Positions 38,615 through 48,785 of a DNA stretch of 64,000 nucleotides are shown one piece after another. The DNA comes from an uncultured Candidatus Binatia bacterium. Its GTDB lineage: Bacteria; Desulfobacterota; Binatia; Bin18. The position numbers and the translations under genes are program-made. Position 1 is the first letter of the stretch. Every line of letters begins with the position of its first letter. The DNA lies in the NCBI GenBank assembly GCA_965214605.1, contig OZ243961.1, forward strand, positions 1,696,001-1,760,000. Reading direction: 5' to 3'. The notes beneath the pieces are model-generated. The model did no database searches. It was not told the DNA's origin and saw only the letters and a program-made list of their open reading frames with translations.

Positions 38615-39733
38615 TCATCCCTGCAGAGTCCCGGTCCGAGGCGCCGAGACTGCACGCTCTTGTGTATCGGGCAGGCGACAGCGCAGCAGCTTTGACTCAA
38701 AAACTGCTCCCAACAGCATTTCTCCGTTGTATACCGCGGCGATGCTGGCGGCCGAGAGTTCCTCTCCGCTGCCGACATACACGTCCTCAAGCCCTGTTCC
38801 ATCTGCGCCGAGCCGGGCCACCCGGCTCGGCGAGAGGGCGTGAGGACTGCTGGCGTGAGCGATGAGCTTGACCATATTGGGGTGGGCGGCGATCCAGATA
38901 TCCCCCTGTTCGTCGATATCGATATTGTCGGGTCCACGCCCGACTTCTATGTCTTGGTCAAGCGTCAGGCTTCCGTCTTCCGGCGTTCGACGGTAGATAC
39001 GCAGGCTGTTGGCCCGTGTCTCAGTAATAAAGATACGGTTGGTCTGGGCATCAAACTGAATGCCGTTGGCGAAGGTTAGCCCGTTGAGCACGACACTGGC
39101 AACCTGGCCGTCAAAATAGACCACATCCGAATTGGCCCACCCGAAAATCTGCTCCAAACGCATGCCGATCCCCTCCAAATAGCCATGGTCATTGGTGAGA
39201 TAGAACTGGTTCGGGCCAACCGCCGCAATATCGTTCGGCGAACGAAAGAGCAGGTTGGTAATCGTCTTGAGGTGGCGCAGCCCGTTTTCCGCTATGGCGA
39301 AGATTTCAACGCTGTGACCGGCTCTCGGCTGATCCGGCACGGCGTGATTGACCACAAACAGCAGGACCTCGTCGCTAGAGGTGCGAAACAGACTGATGCC
39401 GTGCGGATGGAAAGGGCTCAGCTGTTCAGTCCCGGCCAGGGGCTCGGGAACGGTGTCGGGCCGGGACAAGTCAAGTCGATAAATCCGGCCCGGAATGGTT
39501 GCCCCGCGCTGGTGAGCCCATCTATCGTCAGACGAGATATAGGCCACCCCGGCCTGTCGGTCGATGGCAAGATCTTCGGGCCCGGGCGGCCCGGGGACGA
39601 CCGTGCAACTCCCGGCAAAGTGGGGAACGAGCGGATCGAACACCCCCAGGGCGGATGACACGGCCAACATCGCCAGTCCGAGAGAGACCCCCACCACAAT
39701 ACATCCAACCACAACCACCTCTCTCATCACCAT
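38615..39733 (-). CDS. Paraoxonase/arylesterase-like beta-propeller (SMP-30 superfamily)
   Basis: N-terminal anchor; GPEDL, FHPHGIS, LFVVNH, PNDIAAVG..FYLTNDH, FANGI, DNIDID, WIAAHPN. Confidence 0.85.
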   Translation of the reverse strand: MVMREVVVVGCIVVGVSLGLAMLAVSSALGVFDPLVPHFAGSCTVVPGPPGPEDLAIDRQAGVAYISSDDRWAHQRGATIPGRIYRLDLSRPDTVPEPLAGTEQLSPFHPHGISLFRTSSDEVLLFVVNHAVPDQPRAGHSVEIFAIAENGLRHLKTITNLLFRSPNDIAAVGPNQFYLTNDHGYLEGIGMRLEQIFGWANSDVVYFDGQVASVVLNGLTFANGIQFDAQTNRIFITETRANSLRIYRRTPEDGSLTLDQDIEVGRGPDNIDIDEQGDIWIAAHPNMVKLIAHASSPHALSPSRVARLGADGTGLEDVYVGSGEELSAASIAAVYNGEMLLGAVFESKLLRCRLPDTQERAVSAPRTGTLQG

Positions 39734-39773
39734 TCCTCCTTGATACTCGCCGGTCCTGGATTCCGGACGGCGT

Positions 39774-40190
39774 CTACATCTGTGGCATCTTGGGCACCTT
39801 GGGTAGATCGGGATTCATCACGTCCCACGGCTGGGCACTGTCGGTATAAATGTCCATAGCCGGCTGGAACCAGCTCGGATCATCCAGACTCGCCGCCTTA
39901 AGACCAATGATATCAGGGTTAGCGGATAATTTCGAAAAGAGACCCGAACCGCACTGTGGACAGAAACCCCGGCTGACCGTCTCACCGCTGTCGGACTGAG
40001 AGGTATAGTAGGTGGGTTTGCCTTGGATGATGCTGAGGGTGCCTTTGGGCACGGCCAATACCGGAGCATAGGCGGTGCCAGTTGTCCGCTGGCAATCACG
40101 ACAGTGACAGTTGATCGAAAACAGCGGTTCCACCCGGCTCTCGTACCGAATAGCGCCGCACAGACATCCGCCCGAAAATGGTGCTGTCAT
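39774..40190 (-). CDS. GFA (glutathione-dependent formaldehyde-activating) family protein
   Basis: GGCLCGAIRY, CHCRDCQR, RGFCPQCGS. Confidence 0.92.
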   Translation of the reverse strand: MTAPFSGGCLCGAIRYESRVEPLFSINCHCRDCQRTTGTAYAPVLAVPKGTLSIIQGKPTYYTSQSDSGETVSRGFCPQCGSGLFSKLSANPDIIGLKAASLDDPSWFQPAMDIYTDSAQPWDVMNPDLPKVPKMPQM

Positions 40191-40333
40191 ACTCAGACCT
40201 CCGCGAGTTTCACTATCAGTAGGAATATCGCATTCGACGGGCTAGGAGAAGAGGGCTGGATGCCTCTTGCATCTGGGACCGGATCATTGTTATGTCCGAA
40301 ACACATGCGCTAGGGAAGACAAGGAGGAACGGA

Positions 40334-40789
40334 ATGGCACTCAAAGAAAAAGTCGGCGGCGAATATGTCCACGTCAGCTCAGTCGCCTGGCAACCCTTTC
40401 CGGGCGAATTTTCAACTGGTGGAATCCAATGGAAGCTCCTCCACGTCTCGCCCGAATCCGGCGCGTGGACAGCCATGTTCGACTGTCCCGAGGGTTCGTC
40501 CTTTGCCAGACACATCCATATTGGACCGGGCGAATACTTTTTGACCAAAGGCACAATGGAAGTCCGGGGCGGAAGCGGGGAAGGCGGCGCTACGGCTACG
40601 GCCCTTGGCTACGGCTACGAAGCCTGCAACGCTCGCCACGATCAGACGAATTTTATCGAAGACAGCGAGTTTTATATGACATTTCTGGGGCCGCTGCAGT
40701 TTATTGATGAGGGCGGCAACACCTTAGCCGTGGTCGGTTGGGAACAGGCGCAGACGCTGTGGGCGCAGCAGACGGGCAAGGCTGCATGA
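40334..40789 (+). CDS. Cupin protein (2,4'-dihydroxyacetophenone dioxygenase/ChrR-like)
   Basis: KLLHVSPESGAWT, FARHIHIGPGEY, YGYEACNARH; strong AGGAGG RBS. Confidence 0.78.
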   Translation: MALKEKVGGEYVHVSSVAWQPFPGEFSTGGIQWKLLHVSPESGAWTAMFDCPEGSSFARHIHIGPGEYFLTKGTMEVRGGSGEGGATATALGYGYEACNARHDQTNFIEDSEFYMTFLGPLQFIDEGGNTLAVVGWEQAQTLWAQQTGKAA

Positions 40790-40827
40790 GGATGGCCGCA
40801 AAACGGCGCGTCCTCAAGGGGGCATTA

Positions 40828-41907
40828 TTAGCGCCACGGCTCGACGAGAATCTTAGCGTGCCGCTCAGGTGAAGCCAGCTCCTCAAACGCCTGGGCCACG
40901 TCCTCAACCCCGACCTTACCAGTGATCAGCGGCTCAACCGGCAGCCTGCCATCGGCAATATGAGAGAGCGTCTGGCTGAACTCCTCGCGCGTGTAGCCGA
41001 GGACAAACTGGAGGTTCAACTCCTTGTTAATGCCAAACATGGGCTGAATGGTGTCGTCTTCCATACACACTCCGACCACCACAATCCGGGCACTGCGAGG
41101 GGCTGAGCTCATAATCTGATTGATCACCCCAGGAACGCCAACGCACTCAAACATCACCGCCGGCCGCAACGGTGGACCAGTCGCCCAGGGAGCCTGCTGC
41201 GAAGCCGTACTAGGGTCGGCCACTGCGGCTTCTTGCCAGCTGGCGTAGGGAGATTGCTCTTGGGGGTCAATGACGATATCTGCGCCCATAGCCTCGGCCA
41301 GTTGGCGTCGACGGGGAGAGAAGTCTGCGGCCACGATGGGCCGGACGGCTTTGAGGCGAAGCGCGGCAATCACCGCTAAACCAACCGGGCCACAGCCAAT
41401 GACGAGCGGCACGTCGTCCTTGTCCAAGCGCGCCATTTGGACCGCGTGGTGGCCAACCGCCAGCGGCTCCGTGAGGGCGGCGTAGTCGGTGGGCAGGCCG
41501 TCTGGCACCGCCAGCAGCAAATCCTCGGTCAGCCGCATCAGCTCACCGTAACCACCGGGGTGGTCGTTTGAGTAGCCGACCGTCTCAACACCGGAAGGGC
41601 GAATCAATACCGGCATTGAGCAGGCCCGGGTGCCGGCTTTGAGCGTCTTTGCCGTCTCAGGTCCATGGTCGACCACTTCAACACAGAACTCATGGCCCAT
41701 GACAATGTCGCGTTTGAGGTCCATGTCAAAGACCCCGCCTGACTTCTCGGACACCTCAACCAGCTTCTCGGCATGCTTGAGCGCGTGGAGGTCTGAGCCG
41801 CAGATACCGCAGGCTAAGGTTTTGACCAGGACTTCGCCCGGTCCGGGCTCTGGAGTTGGCACATCATCAACGATCAGTTGCTGGTCTCGCATTATCGCCG
41901 CACGCAT
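40828..41907 (-). CDS. Zinc-binding alcohol dehydrogenase (MDR family)
   Basis: CGICGSDLH, GHEF, LTEPLAVG, GCGPVG. Confidence 0.9.
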   Translation of the reverse strand: MRAAIMRDQQLIVDDVPTPEPGPGEVLVKTLACGICGSDLHALKHAEKLVEVSEKSGGVFDMDLKRDIVMGHEFCVEVVDHGPETAKTLKAGTRACSMPVLIRPSGVETVGYSNDHPGGYGELMRLTEDLLLAVPDGLPTDYAALTEPLAVGHHAVQMARLDKDDVPLVIGCGPVGLAVIAALRLKAVRPIVAADFSPRRRQLAEAMGADIVIDPQEQSPYASWQEAAVADPSTASQQAPWATGPPLRPAVMFECVGVPGVINQIMSSAPRSARIVVVGVCMEDDTIQPMFGINKELNLQFVLGYTREEFSQTLSHIADGRLPVEPLITGKVGVEDVAQAFEELASPERHAKILVEPWR

Positions 41908-41926
41908 TGTGTATTCTCCTTGCTCC

Positions 41927-43279
41927 TCATTGTTGCTTTGTCCGCATAGTCACAAACTCTTCAGCCGCAGTGGGATGAATCCCAATGGTGGCGTCGAACT
42001 GGGTTTTGGTCGCCCCGCACTTGATCGCTACCGAAAAGCCCTGGATAATCTCCCCGGCCTCGGGACCAACCATATGACAGCCCAGCACCCGGTCAGACGC
42101 CTGGTCAACAACGAGTTTCATAAACGTCCTTTCAGACCGCCCACTCAGTGTGTGCTTGAGCGGCCGAAAGGTCGAGGTGTAGACGTCGATGGCAGGGTAG
42201 CGTTGTCGCGCGTCGTCCTCGGTCAGACCGACCGTGCCGATCGGCGGATGACTAAAGACCGCGCTGGCCACATTGGTATGATCGGGCTCGGTCGGCCGGT
42301 TGTGAAACAGGGTTTCGGCTACAGCCTGGCCTTCAGCAATGGCCATAGGTGTCAAATTCAGCCGATCGGTACAATCCCCAATGGCAAAGATATGAGGGAT
42401 CTTGGAGCGTGAGTAGGCGTCGACCGTGATCGCGCCGATATCGTTCATCTCCACTCCAACCGCTTCGAGTCCGATATTTTTGGTGTTCGGCAAACGTCCG
42501 GTGGCGTACATGATCAGGTCGGTGTCCAGACGCGTGCCGTCTTTGAGCGTGGCCGTGAGCGTACCGTTGTCGCGGTCAATCCGCGCGACATCGGCCTGGA
42601 AACGGAGGTCGATCTCACGTTTGCGCATCTCCTCGGCCAACACCCTGCGGACATCGGTATCAAAGCCGCGCAAAAACAACTCACCCCGGTACAGTTCTGT
42701 CACCTCAACGCCAAGGCCGTGAAAAATCGTGGCAAACTCAACCGCAATATAGCCTCCGCCAACAATAAGCACCCGTTTGGGCAGCCGGTCTAAATAAAAC
42801 GCCTCGTTGGACGAGATGGCGTGTTCAATACCCGGAATTTGGGGGAGATACGGCCAGCTGCCGGTCGCCACCAGAATATACTCGGCCGTATACCGCAGGC
42901 CATCAACGGCAACAGTATGCGGATCAAGCAGCCGAGCCCGGCCTTCGATAATCTCCGCTCCGGCGTTGGTCAGCAGGTTGCGGTAGATACCGTTGAGGCG
43001 TTCGATCTCAGCATTTTTATTGGCGACCAGAGTCGGCCAATCAACACTGCGGCGACCCACGGTCCAGCCAAAGCCGGCGGCATCTTCAAAATGATCCCGG
43101 AACTCGGCCGCATACACAAACAATTTCTTGGGAATACAGCCGACATTCACGCACGTCCCACCGAGGTAGCGTTCCTCGACTACGGCCACCCGTGCTCCGT
43201 AGGATGCCGCCATGCGGCTGGCTCGCACCCCACCTGAACCGGCTCCCAGCACAAACAGATCGTAATCATAGCGGCTCAT
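41927..43279 (-). CDS. gor: Glutathione-disulfide reductase
   Basis: [54 protein letters not shown]. Confidence 0.95.
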   Translation of the reverse strand: MSRYDYDLFVLGAGSGGVRASRMAASYGARVAVVEERYLGGTCVNVGCIPKKLFVYAAEFRDHFEDAAGFGWTVGRRSVDWPTLVANKNAEIERLNGIYRNLLTNAGAEIIEGRARLLDPHTVAVDGLRYTAEYILVATGSWPYLPQIPGIEHAISSNEAFYLDRLPKRVLIVGGGYIAVEFATIFHGLGVEVTELYRGELFLRGFDTDVRRVLAEEMRKREIDLRFQADVARIDRDNGTLTATLKDGTRLDTDLIMYATGRLPNTKNIGLEAVGVEMNDIGAITVDAYSRSKIPHIFAIGDCTDRLNLTPMAIAEGQAVAETLFHNRPTEPDHTNVASAVFSHPPIGTVGLTEDDARQRYPAIDVYTSTFRPLKHTLSGRSERTFMKLVVDQASDRVLGCHMVGPEAGEIIQGFSVAIKCGATKTQFDATIGIHPTAAEEFVTMRTKQQ

Positions 43280-43373
43280 GCTCCCTGTCTACAATGAGAC
43301 GCCGGCCAAGTCCAGGGTTGGCGGGAAAACTGCCCTTGGACAGCCCGATTCTTTTCAAGAAAAAATCTGAATC

Positions 43374-43895
43374 CTACAGAGACCCCAGCGGCAGATAAAA
43401 AACCAGGCCCAGATAAACGGACGGGATACTCAGGGAAATCACCCTGCCAATTGATCTCGCCGGGTCGGCCTGAAGACAGAGATGAGGCTCCCCCCATCCG
43501 ATAGTGAGAAGAAACGCCTTGACCGGAGTCTTGTCCCTGTGAGGGGTGGTCCCCGGAGTCAGGAGAGCAAACCCGAAGCGGGGAAACGCAAAGACCGCCC
43601 TCCCACCGGCCGGCATGCTCCCGTGGAAGGAGCCCAGCAGGTCGAAAACGTCGAGGGCGATCAGTCCCTGCCGGGCCCCATCATTGTCGCGTACGATGCG
43701 GCTCAACGCCGGGGGCAGGGGCGAGTCCATTCTTGCGGGGACATCACGACCGTCTCCCAACAGACCACCCCGGAGTTGGTACGCCACAACGCACAGGACA
43801 ACCACGGTCAGGATAGCCAGGCCAAAGCCCAGCAGGATATTGCGCCGGGGGTCGGTGGTCTCCTCGGCTACCTTGGTCATTCCTGCAATCGTCAA
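43374..43895 (-). CDS. Hypothetical membrane-anchored protein
   Basis: One N-terminal hydrophobic helix; start uncertain. Confidence 0.5.
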   Translation of the reverse strand: MTIAGMTKVAEETTDPRRNILLGFGLAILTVVVLCVVAYQLRGGLLGDGRDVPARMDSPLPPALSRIVRDNDGARQGLIALDVFDLLGSFHGSMPAGGRAVFAFPRFGFALLTPGTTPHRDKTPVKAFLLTIGWGEPHLCLQADPARSIGRVISLSIPSVYLGLVFYLPLGSL

Positions 43896-44542
43896 AAAGA
43901 ATCAGGGGGCAAAGGGCATTGCGGGAAAAGTGCCGGCCCAGCCGCTAGACAGGGCGTGTGTGGTTAAATTCCGCCGTTCAAAATAGGGCGCTGCCGAACA
44001 CCGGGAGGCCGGAGCGCGAGAGAGCGTGGTAGTCAGCAGCAGCTCAAACATGGCCACGATTTTGGCCCAATAATGCCGAGGGCAGTGAAAATCAGACAGG
44101 CAGCACGGTCATCGTCGTGGTGGTTGCGTGCCCGGATTCCAGTTTGACGAAACAGCTCCCTACGGACAGCGGGACAAAAATAAATTCGCTATTCTGGGTC
44201 ATGCCGCCCTCAACCCCTCACCGTCGGGCCTGGGCGGCGCCACGGCTTAGGGGACGACAGACCAGTTCTACGCAGCTGCAGGCTGACAATCGCCAGGCCC
44301 CGGGTTTCACCCTTGAACAGGCCAAGGTTCCAGTCGAAGTGCATCTTCAGAGAATGGCCCATTGCCGCTCTCCATAGCATCAAAGGCCCCAGACTCTACT
44401 CCCAACGATGTTCTATGAGCGGCGAGTTCCTCGCTTCACACCGCTCTACAAATCGCGCCAGCTAGAGCCGAAAAGTACGAAGGGAGATGCTTGCCACTAT
44501 GGGTTTTTCATCCCCTTTTTTTTATGGTTTACTGAACGTTCA

Positions 44543-45355
44543 ATGGACCGTTTTGATCTCGATACCGCCTACCAGCTCGCCCGGGCGGCGAGGGCGGCCT
44601 ATCCGGATCGGCTGCAAAGCGTCCCAAGCCAGCTCGGTGTGGAGCAGGTTACTCCGTTTGAGCGAGGCGTGGTGGCTGGTTTTGCCGGTCGCTGGGGGGA
44701 GAGTGTCGTGGTGGCATTTCGGGGCACGCCCATGCTGCATAAGGGCGGTCATCCACGCCAGCTAGCCGAGGCGTTAGTGACCGAGTTGGACACCGGTCTG
44801 ACACGTCAGCAGGGCGTGCCAGGGGCAATTCACCGCGGCTTTGCCCGCGCCCTGAGCGCCGTCAACACGATCATAGCCGAGGTCTTGCACATCTTGTTGG
44901 ACACGAGCCAAAATCCGCGCGTCTGGCTGGCTGGCCACAGTCTGGGGGGAGCGCTGGCCATCCTCGCCGCCCAAAACGTCTCTCGCCAATACGGCCTGTT
45001 GCCGTGCGTCTATACATACGGTGCGCCGCGGGTTGGCAATCACACTTTTCGGCAATATTACAAGCCGACCCATTATCGGCTTGAACGGCGCACGGACCTT
45101 ATTCCCTACGCTTTTCCGCTCTACACGACGGGATTTCTCCGACCCTGGTCACCCTTCTCGCCCAGCCTTCCAGGGATATATAAACATACTGGTATCCGGT
45201 GTTGTATAGACGGAGCGCGTCTTGAAATTGGGAGAACCTTTGCACCGCTCGTCGACCCGCTAGACATGGTCGCTGCCCGTCTCGGCAAAGAACACAATAT
45301 GGACACCTATCTGACCGACCTGCAGAAGAGACCTCGCATTACCTACGCCGAGTGA
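44543..45355 (+). CDS. Lipase class 3 family protein
   Basis: VVAFRGT, IHRGF, AGHSLGGALA, YTYGAPRVGN, DLIP, YKHTG, HNMDTY. Confidence 0.88.
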   Translation: MDRFDLDTAYQLARAARAAYPDRLQSVPSQLGVEQVTPFERGVVAGFAGRWGESVVVAFRGTPMLHKGGHPRQLAEALVTELDTGLTRQQGVPGAIHRGFARALSAVNTIIAEVLHILLDTSQNPRVWLAGHSLGGALAILAAQNVSRQYGLLPCVYTYGAPRVGNHTFRQYYKPTHYRLERRTDLIPYAFPLYTTGFLRPWSPFSPSLPGIYKHTGIRCCIDGARLEIGRTFAPLVDPLDMVAARLGKEHNMDTYLTDLQKRPRITYAE

Positions 45356-46047
45356 GTGTGCTTGTGAAAAAGGAGACGTCTATATCGAGGGCGAACGTCC
45401 AGCCCCAGTGGTATCTGAGCGGCGAATACTGTGAGGCGTGCAGTTGCGATTACGTCTGCCCTTGCCTGTATACCAATCTGGAGGCGCTTCCCAGCCACAC
45501 GTCTTGCGTTGCACTGGGGGGCTATCACATTGATGCAGGACGGTTTGACGATATTGTTTTAGACGACCTGAATTTCGCCACAGTTGTCCGCTCTCCTGGA
45601 GCGATGATTCAAGGTGGCTGGGTGGTGGGCTTAATCGTAGACGAACGCGCCAACCCAGACCAGCGACAGGCTCTGAGCGCTATTGCAAGCGGCCGGAACG
45701 GAGGTCCGTTTGCGCCCCTCGCCCATTTAGTCAGCGATTTCCGTGGAGTCGAAGCGAGGCCGATCCATTTTATCAAGAATAGTGCCCATAGCCGCACGTT
45801 GACGATTCCCGGCGCTTTGGAGCACCTCGTTGAGGGAGTGGTAAGTCCGGTTGTTCCGAATGAGCCGCTTATGATGGATAATACGCTGCACTTCGCGAAC
45901 AAACGGATTGGTTTGGCCAGAGTCGTCCGCATGGTGGTCAACGCGTTTGGCATCAACTGGCAGGACACAAGTGGACAGGCCAACGGTCACTACACCGCGA
46001 TTCATTGGCGTAGCGACAGCGATACCCCACTCTCGCCCCGATCCTAG
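45352..46047 (+). CDS. DUF1326 family protein
   Basis: GEYCEACSCDYVCPC, HIDAGRF, VDERANPDQRQAL..SGRNGGP. Confidence 0.85.
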   Translation: MSVLVKKETSISRANVQPQWYLSGEYCEACSCDYVCPCLYTNLEALPSHTSCVALGGYHIDAGRFDDIVLDDLNFATVVRSPGAMIQGGWVVGLIVDERANPDQRQALSAIASGRNGGPFAPLAHLVSDFRGVEARPIHFIKNSAHSRTLTIPGALEHLVEGVVSPVVPNEPLMMDNTLHFANKRIGLARVVRMVVNAFGINWQDTSGQANGHYTAIHWRSDSDTPLSPRS

Positions 46048-46072
46048 TCTTCTTTGCAGGATTGTGTGGAGC

Positions 46073-47815
46073 CTAGCGGGGGATAATCGGGAGCACGATG
46101 TGTGATGGTCGCATTGTATCGTGAAATACACGCTGCAGAGCCGGCTCTAATCGGCTCGCTTCCGCCGCTCCCTGTCCCGTCTGGGGATTTCGGTCAAAGC
46201 GGGGGAAATTCGAGCTGGCGATCTCAAGCCGGATACGATGGCCGACTTTGAACATATTGCTCGTCGCCCACAGGTCGATGGTATACTCGTACACCTTGCC
46301 CGGCGTCAGCAGTTTTGCCTCGGTCTTCGACTCTCGATAGCGCCCACGGATAATCCCATCGGTGAGATTGCGCGCGTATTCGTCCGGCGCGACGTCCACC
46401 AGCTTGGCGGTAAAGTCGGTATCGACCGCGCTCGTCGCCGCGTAGAGCGTCACGCTCAGCGGTCCGGTCACCTCAAGGTCCTGCTCCAAAACAGGACTGG
46501 TATAAACCAGCACATCCGCACGTTCTTCAATCCGTCGTTGGTCAAACGCTCCCCCCGGCATCGCGGCCGGCCAGCCTGTCACCGCCCCACCCCTGGTTGG
46601 TACTGGATCGCGCGGGTCTGAGACATACACATCGGCCGGTTCACTACCAGGAGCGTCAGGGCTGAGCAGTCCATCCCCGCCCAGACCGTTCGCCCGTCCG
46701 TTGCTATGGAGGTAGTACGTGGTGTACTGCGTGCGGGTCAGCGGCCATTCGTTCTCAGTCCGCCACGTGTTCTCTCCCATAGTAAATATGCGGACCGGTG
46801 CCTCGTCGATAATATCGTTGGGTTTGCCCTTCAGCCAGTAATCAAACCATTTGATATGCAAACCGTCTAAGTCCGCCGCAAGACTATGACTGGCAAAGCC
46901 GTAGTCAACATCGCCCACAACGTTCCCGAGCGGTAAAGTATGGTACCAGGGTCCAATGACGAGTTTTTGTCCTTGCCGAGCTTCGGGGGTCCCACCACAT
47001 GCGCGCATGCCGATGTAGTTTCGGAGCGTTCCGCCCAAGAAAATGTCATACCACCCACCAACGTTGCAGGCAGGCACGTTGACAGACCTGTGGTGGGCTT
47101 CAATGTTCCAGCGCGCCCAATAGTCATCATCATCAGGATGGGCTAGCCAATCGTAAAAATACGGAGCGGCATCGACCAAGAGCGGAAAGTCTTTGAGCGG
47201 CAGATGTTCAAACAGCTGTCGCAGCTGATCGATGCCTCCAATGAGAGCGTTCAGTCTTTCCCCGCTCTCGGGCTGTGTCTGAGTCAGACGCCCATACGTA
47301 TCGGGTGCCAACCGGGCCAATGTCCAGCTGGCGCTAAACCCCAGGGCAAAAGCCCCGCCCTGATACGTCCAGCCCTCATGGTAGTGCGAGGCCGTGATCA
47401 GCGGAAAGATGGCTTTGAGATGCGGCGGAGCGCTCATCGCCGCCAACCACTGGGTTGCTCCGACATAGGACGCGCCGTACATGCCAACCTGGCCGTCTGA
47501 CCAGGTTTGGGCCGCGCACCATTCAACGCTGTCGTAGCCGTCCGCAACATCATCCCGAAACGTATAAAACTCGCCCCCAGAGGCGTACCGACCACGGGTG
47601 TCCTGAATCACCACCGCATAGCCTTCCCTCGCCGTGCGGACGACGTCCAACATCAAGATCGCTCCGGCCAGCAGATTTTTGTTATACGGTGTCCGCTGAA
47701 GGATGACCGGATATGTCCCAGCTGTGGCCGGACGGTAGACATCGGCCCGTAAGACTGTACCATCCCGCATTGGGACGGGAACGTCTTTCTCAATAATGAG
47801 ACTTGATTGTGGCAT
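46073..47815 (-). CDS. CocE/NonD family serine hydrolase
   Basis: VPMRDGTVLRADVYRP, RTPY, QDTRGRYASGG, GASYVG, GGWYDIF, IGPWYH, SSNFPRFDRN. Confidence 0.92.
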   Translation of the reverse strand: MPQSSLIIEKDVPVPMRDGTVLRADVYRPATAGTYPVILQRTPYNKNLLAGAILMLDVVRTAREGYAVVIQDTRGRYASGGEFYTFRDDVADGYDSVEWCAAQTWSDGQVGMYGASYVGATQWLAAMSAPPHLKAIFPLITASHYHEGWTYQGGAFALGFSASWTLARLAPDTYGRLTQTQPESGERLNALIGGIDQLRQLFEHLPLKDFPLLVDAAPYFYDWLAHPDDDDYWARWNIEAHHRSVNVPACNVGGWYDIFLGGTLRNYIGMRACGGTPEARQGQKLVIGPWYHTLPLGNVVGDVDYGFASHSLAADLDGLHIKWFDYWLKGKPNDIIDEAPVRIFTMGENTWRTENEWPLTRTQYTTYYLHSNGRANGLGGDGLLSPDAPGSEPADVYVSDPRDPVPTRGGAVTGWPAAMPGGAFDQRRIEERADVLVYTSPVLEQDLEVTGPLSVTLYAATSAVDTDFTAKLVDVAPDEYARNLTDGIIRGRYRESKTEAKLLTPGKVYEYTIDLWATSNMFKVGHRIRLEIASSNFPRFDRNPQTGQGAAEASRLEPALQRVFHDTMRPSHIVLPIIPR

Positions 47816-48160
47816 AGAATCTTTCCCTTCTTCTGTGGGCCAGCCCGAGAGGTGCCGCAGCTGGACAAGAAAGTCAAATGTAGAGTATAGAGTCGGCAAG
47901 GCTCCCGGATTGTCGCCGGACCTGACCGTTTGCCGACAGCATTATGACACCGATGCCGTTTCTCACCACTCCCCTATGCGACCGACAACCTGAGTTGGTT
48001 CCGGTTGTCGAGTCACTGCTCACCAACACTGGCGCTGAGGACGGCGGAGCGTCCGTGCGGCAGGTCCTGCTGGACGAGATGGGGACGAAAACGCGCTCAA
48101 ATGGCAAGGAGTTATTATCTGGAGCCTCGACCATTAAGGGCGGGCAGGAGGGATACTGCT

Positions 48161-48766
48161 ATGAAAGTAAGCGGCGCGCTGGCCTGGCATCCTGACGTGG
48201 CTATGAGCCAGGAAGAAATCGACGATTTTCTGTCGGGACGCTGGGTCGCCCGCCTGGCCACGATCGGGTCCGATGGTTATCCGCACGTCAGCCCGTTATG
48301 GTACTACTGGGACGGGCGGTGCGTGTACATGGCGCTGACCCACACCCGTAAGCCTTGCAGGCATTTGCGCCACAACCCACGCTGTTCAGTGGCGATCGAT
48401 ATGGACGACCGACCGCTCATGGGCATGCGGAGCAATATGGCCAAGGCGGTTATTATCACCGGCCAAGCCGAGCTGGCCGAGGTCGGGTCGGGGAAAAAGG
48501 TCGCGATTGAGGCCGGTCCGTGGCAGGGGGAGTATAGCCCAGAACAGGTGGTGGCGATGATCACCCGCCGCTACCCGCTGTCCGCCCGCGACGGGGCACT
48601 CGGTTTCACCTTTGAATCCTACCGCGAACTATTCTCCCAACCGGGCATTGAACAGAGTCAGCTGTTTAAAGACAACGCCAGGCGAGTGGTAACCAAGATT
48701 ACGCCCAAGAGAATCCAGGCGTGGGATTTTTCAAAATCGCCCATTGGCACTGTAGACAAAGGGTGA
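48161..48766 (+). CDS. PPOX-class (pyridoxamine 5'-phosphate oxidase-like) protein
   Basis: MSQEEIDDFL..ARLATIGSDGYPHVSPLWY..LRHNPRCSVAID. Confidence 0.85.
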   Translation: MKVSGALAWHPDVAMSQEEIDDFLSGRWVARLATIGSDGYPHVSPLWYYWDGRCVYMALTHTRKPCRHLRHNPRCSVAIDMDDRPLMGMRSNMAKAVIITGQAELAEVGSGKKVAIEAGPWQGEYSPEQVVAMITRRYPLSARDGALGFTFESYRELFSQPGIEQSQLFKDNARRVVTKITPKRIQAWDFSKSPIGTVDKG

Positions 48767-48785
48767 AGCAGACGAGGAGGGGGTT

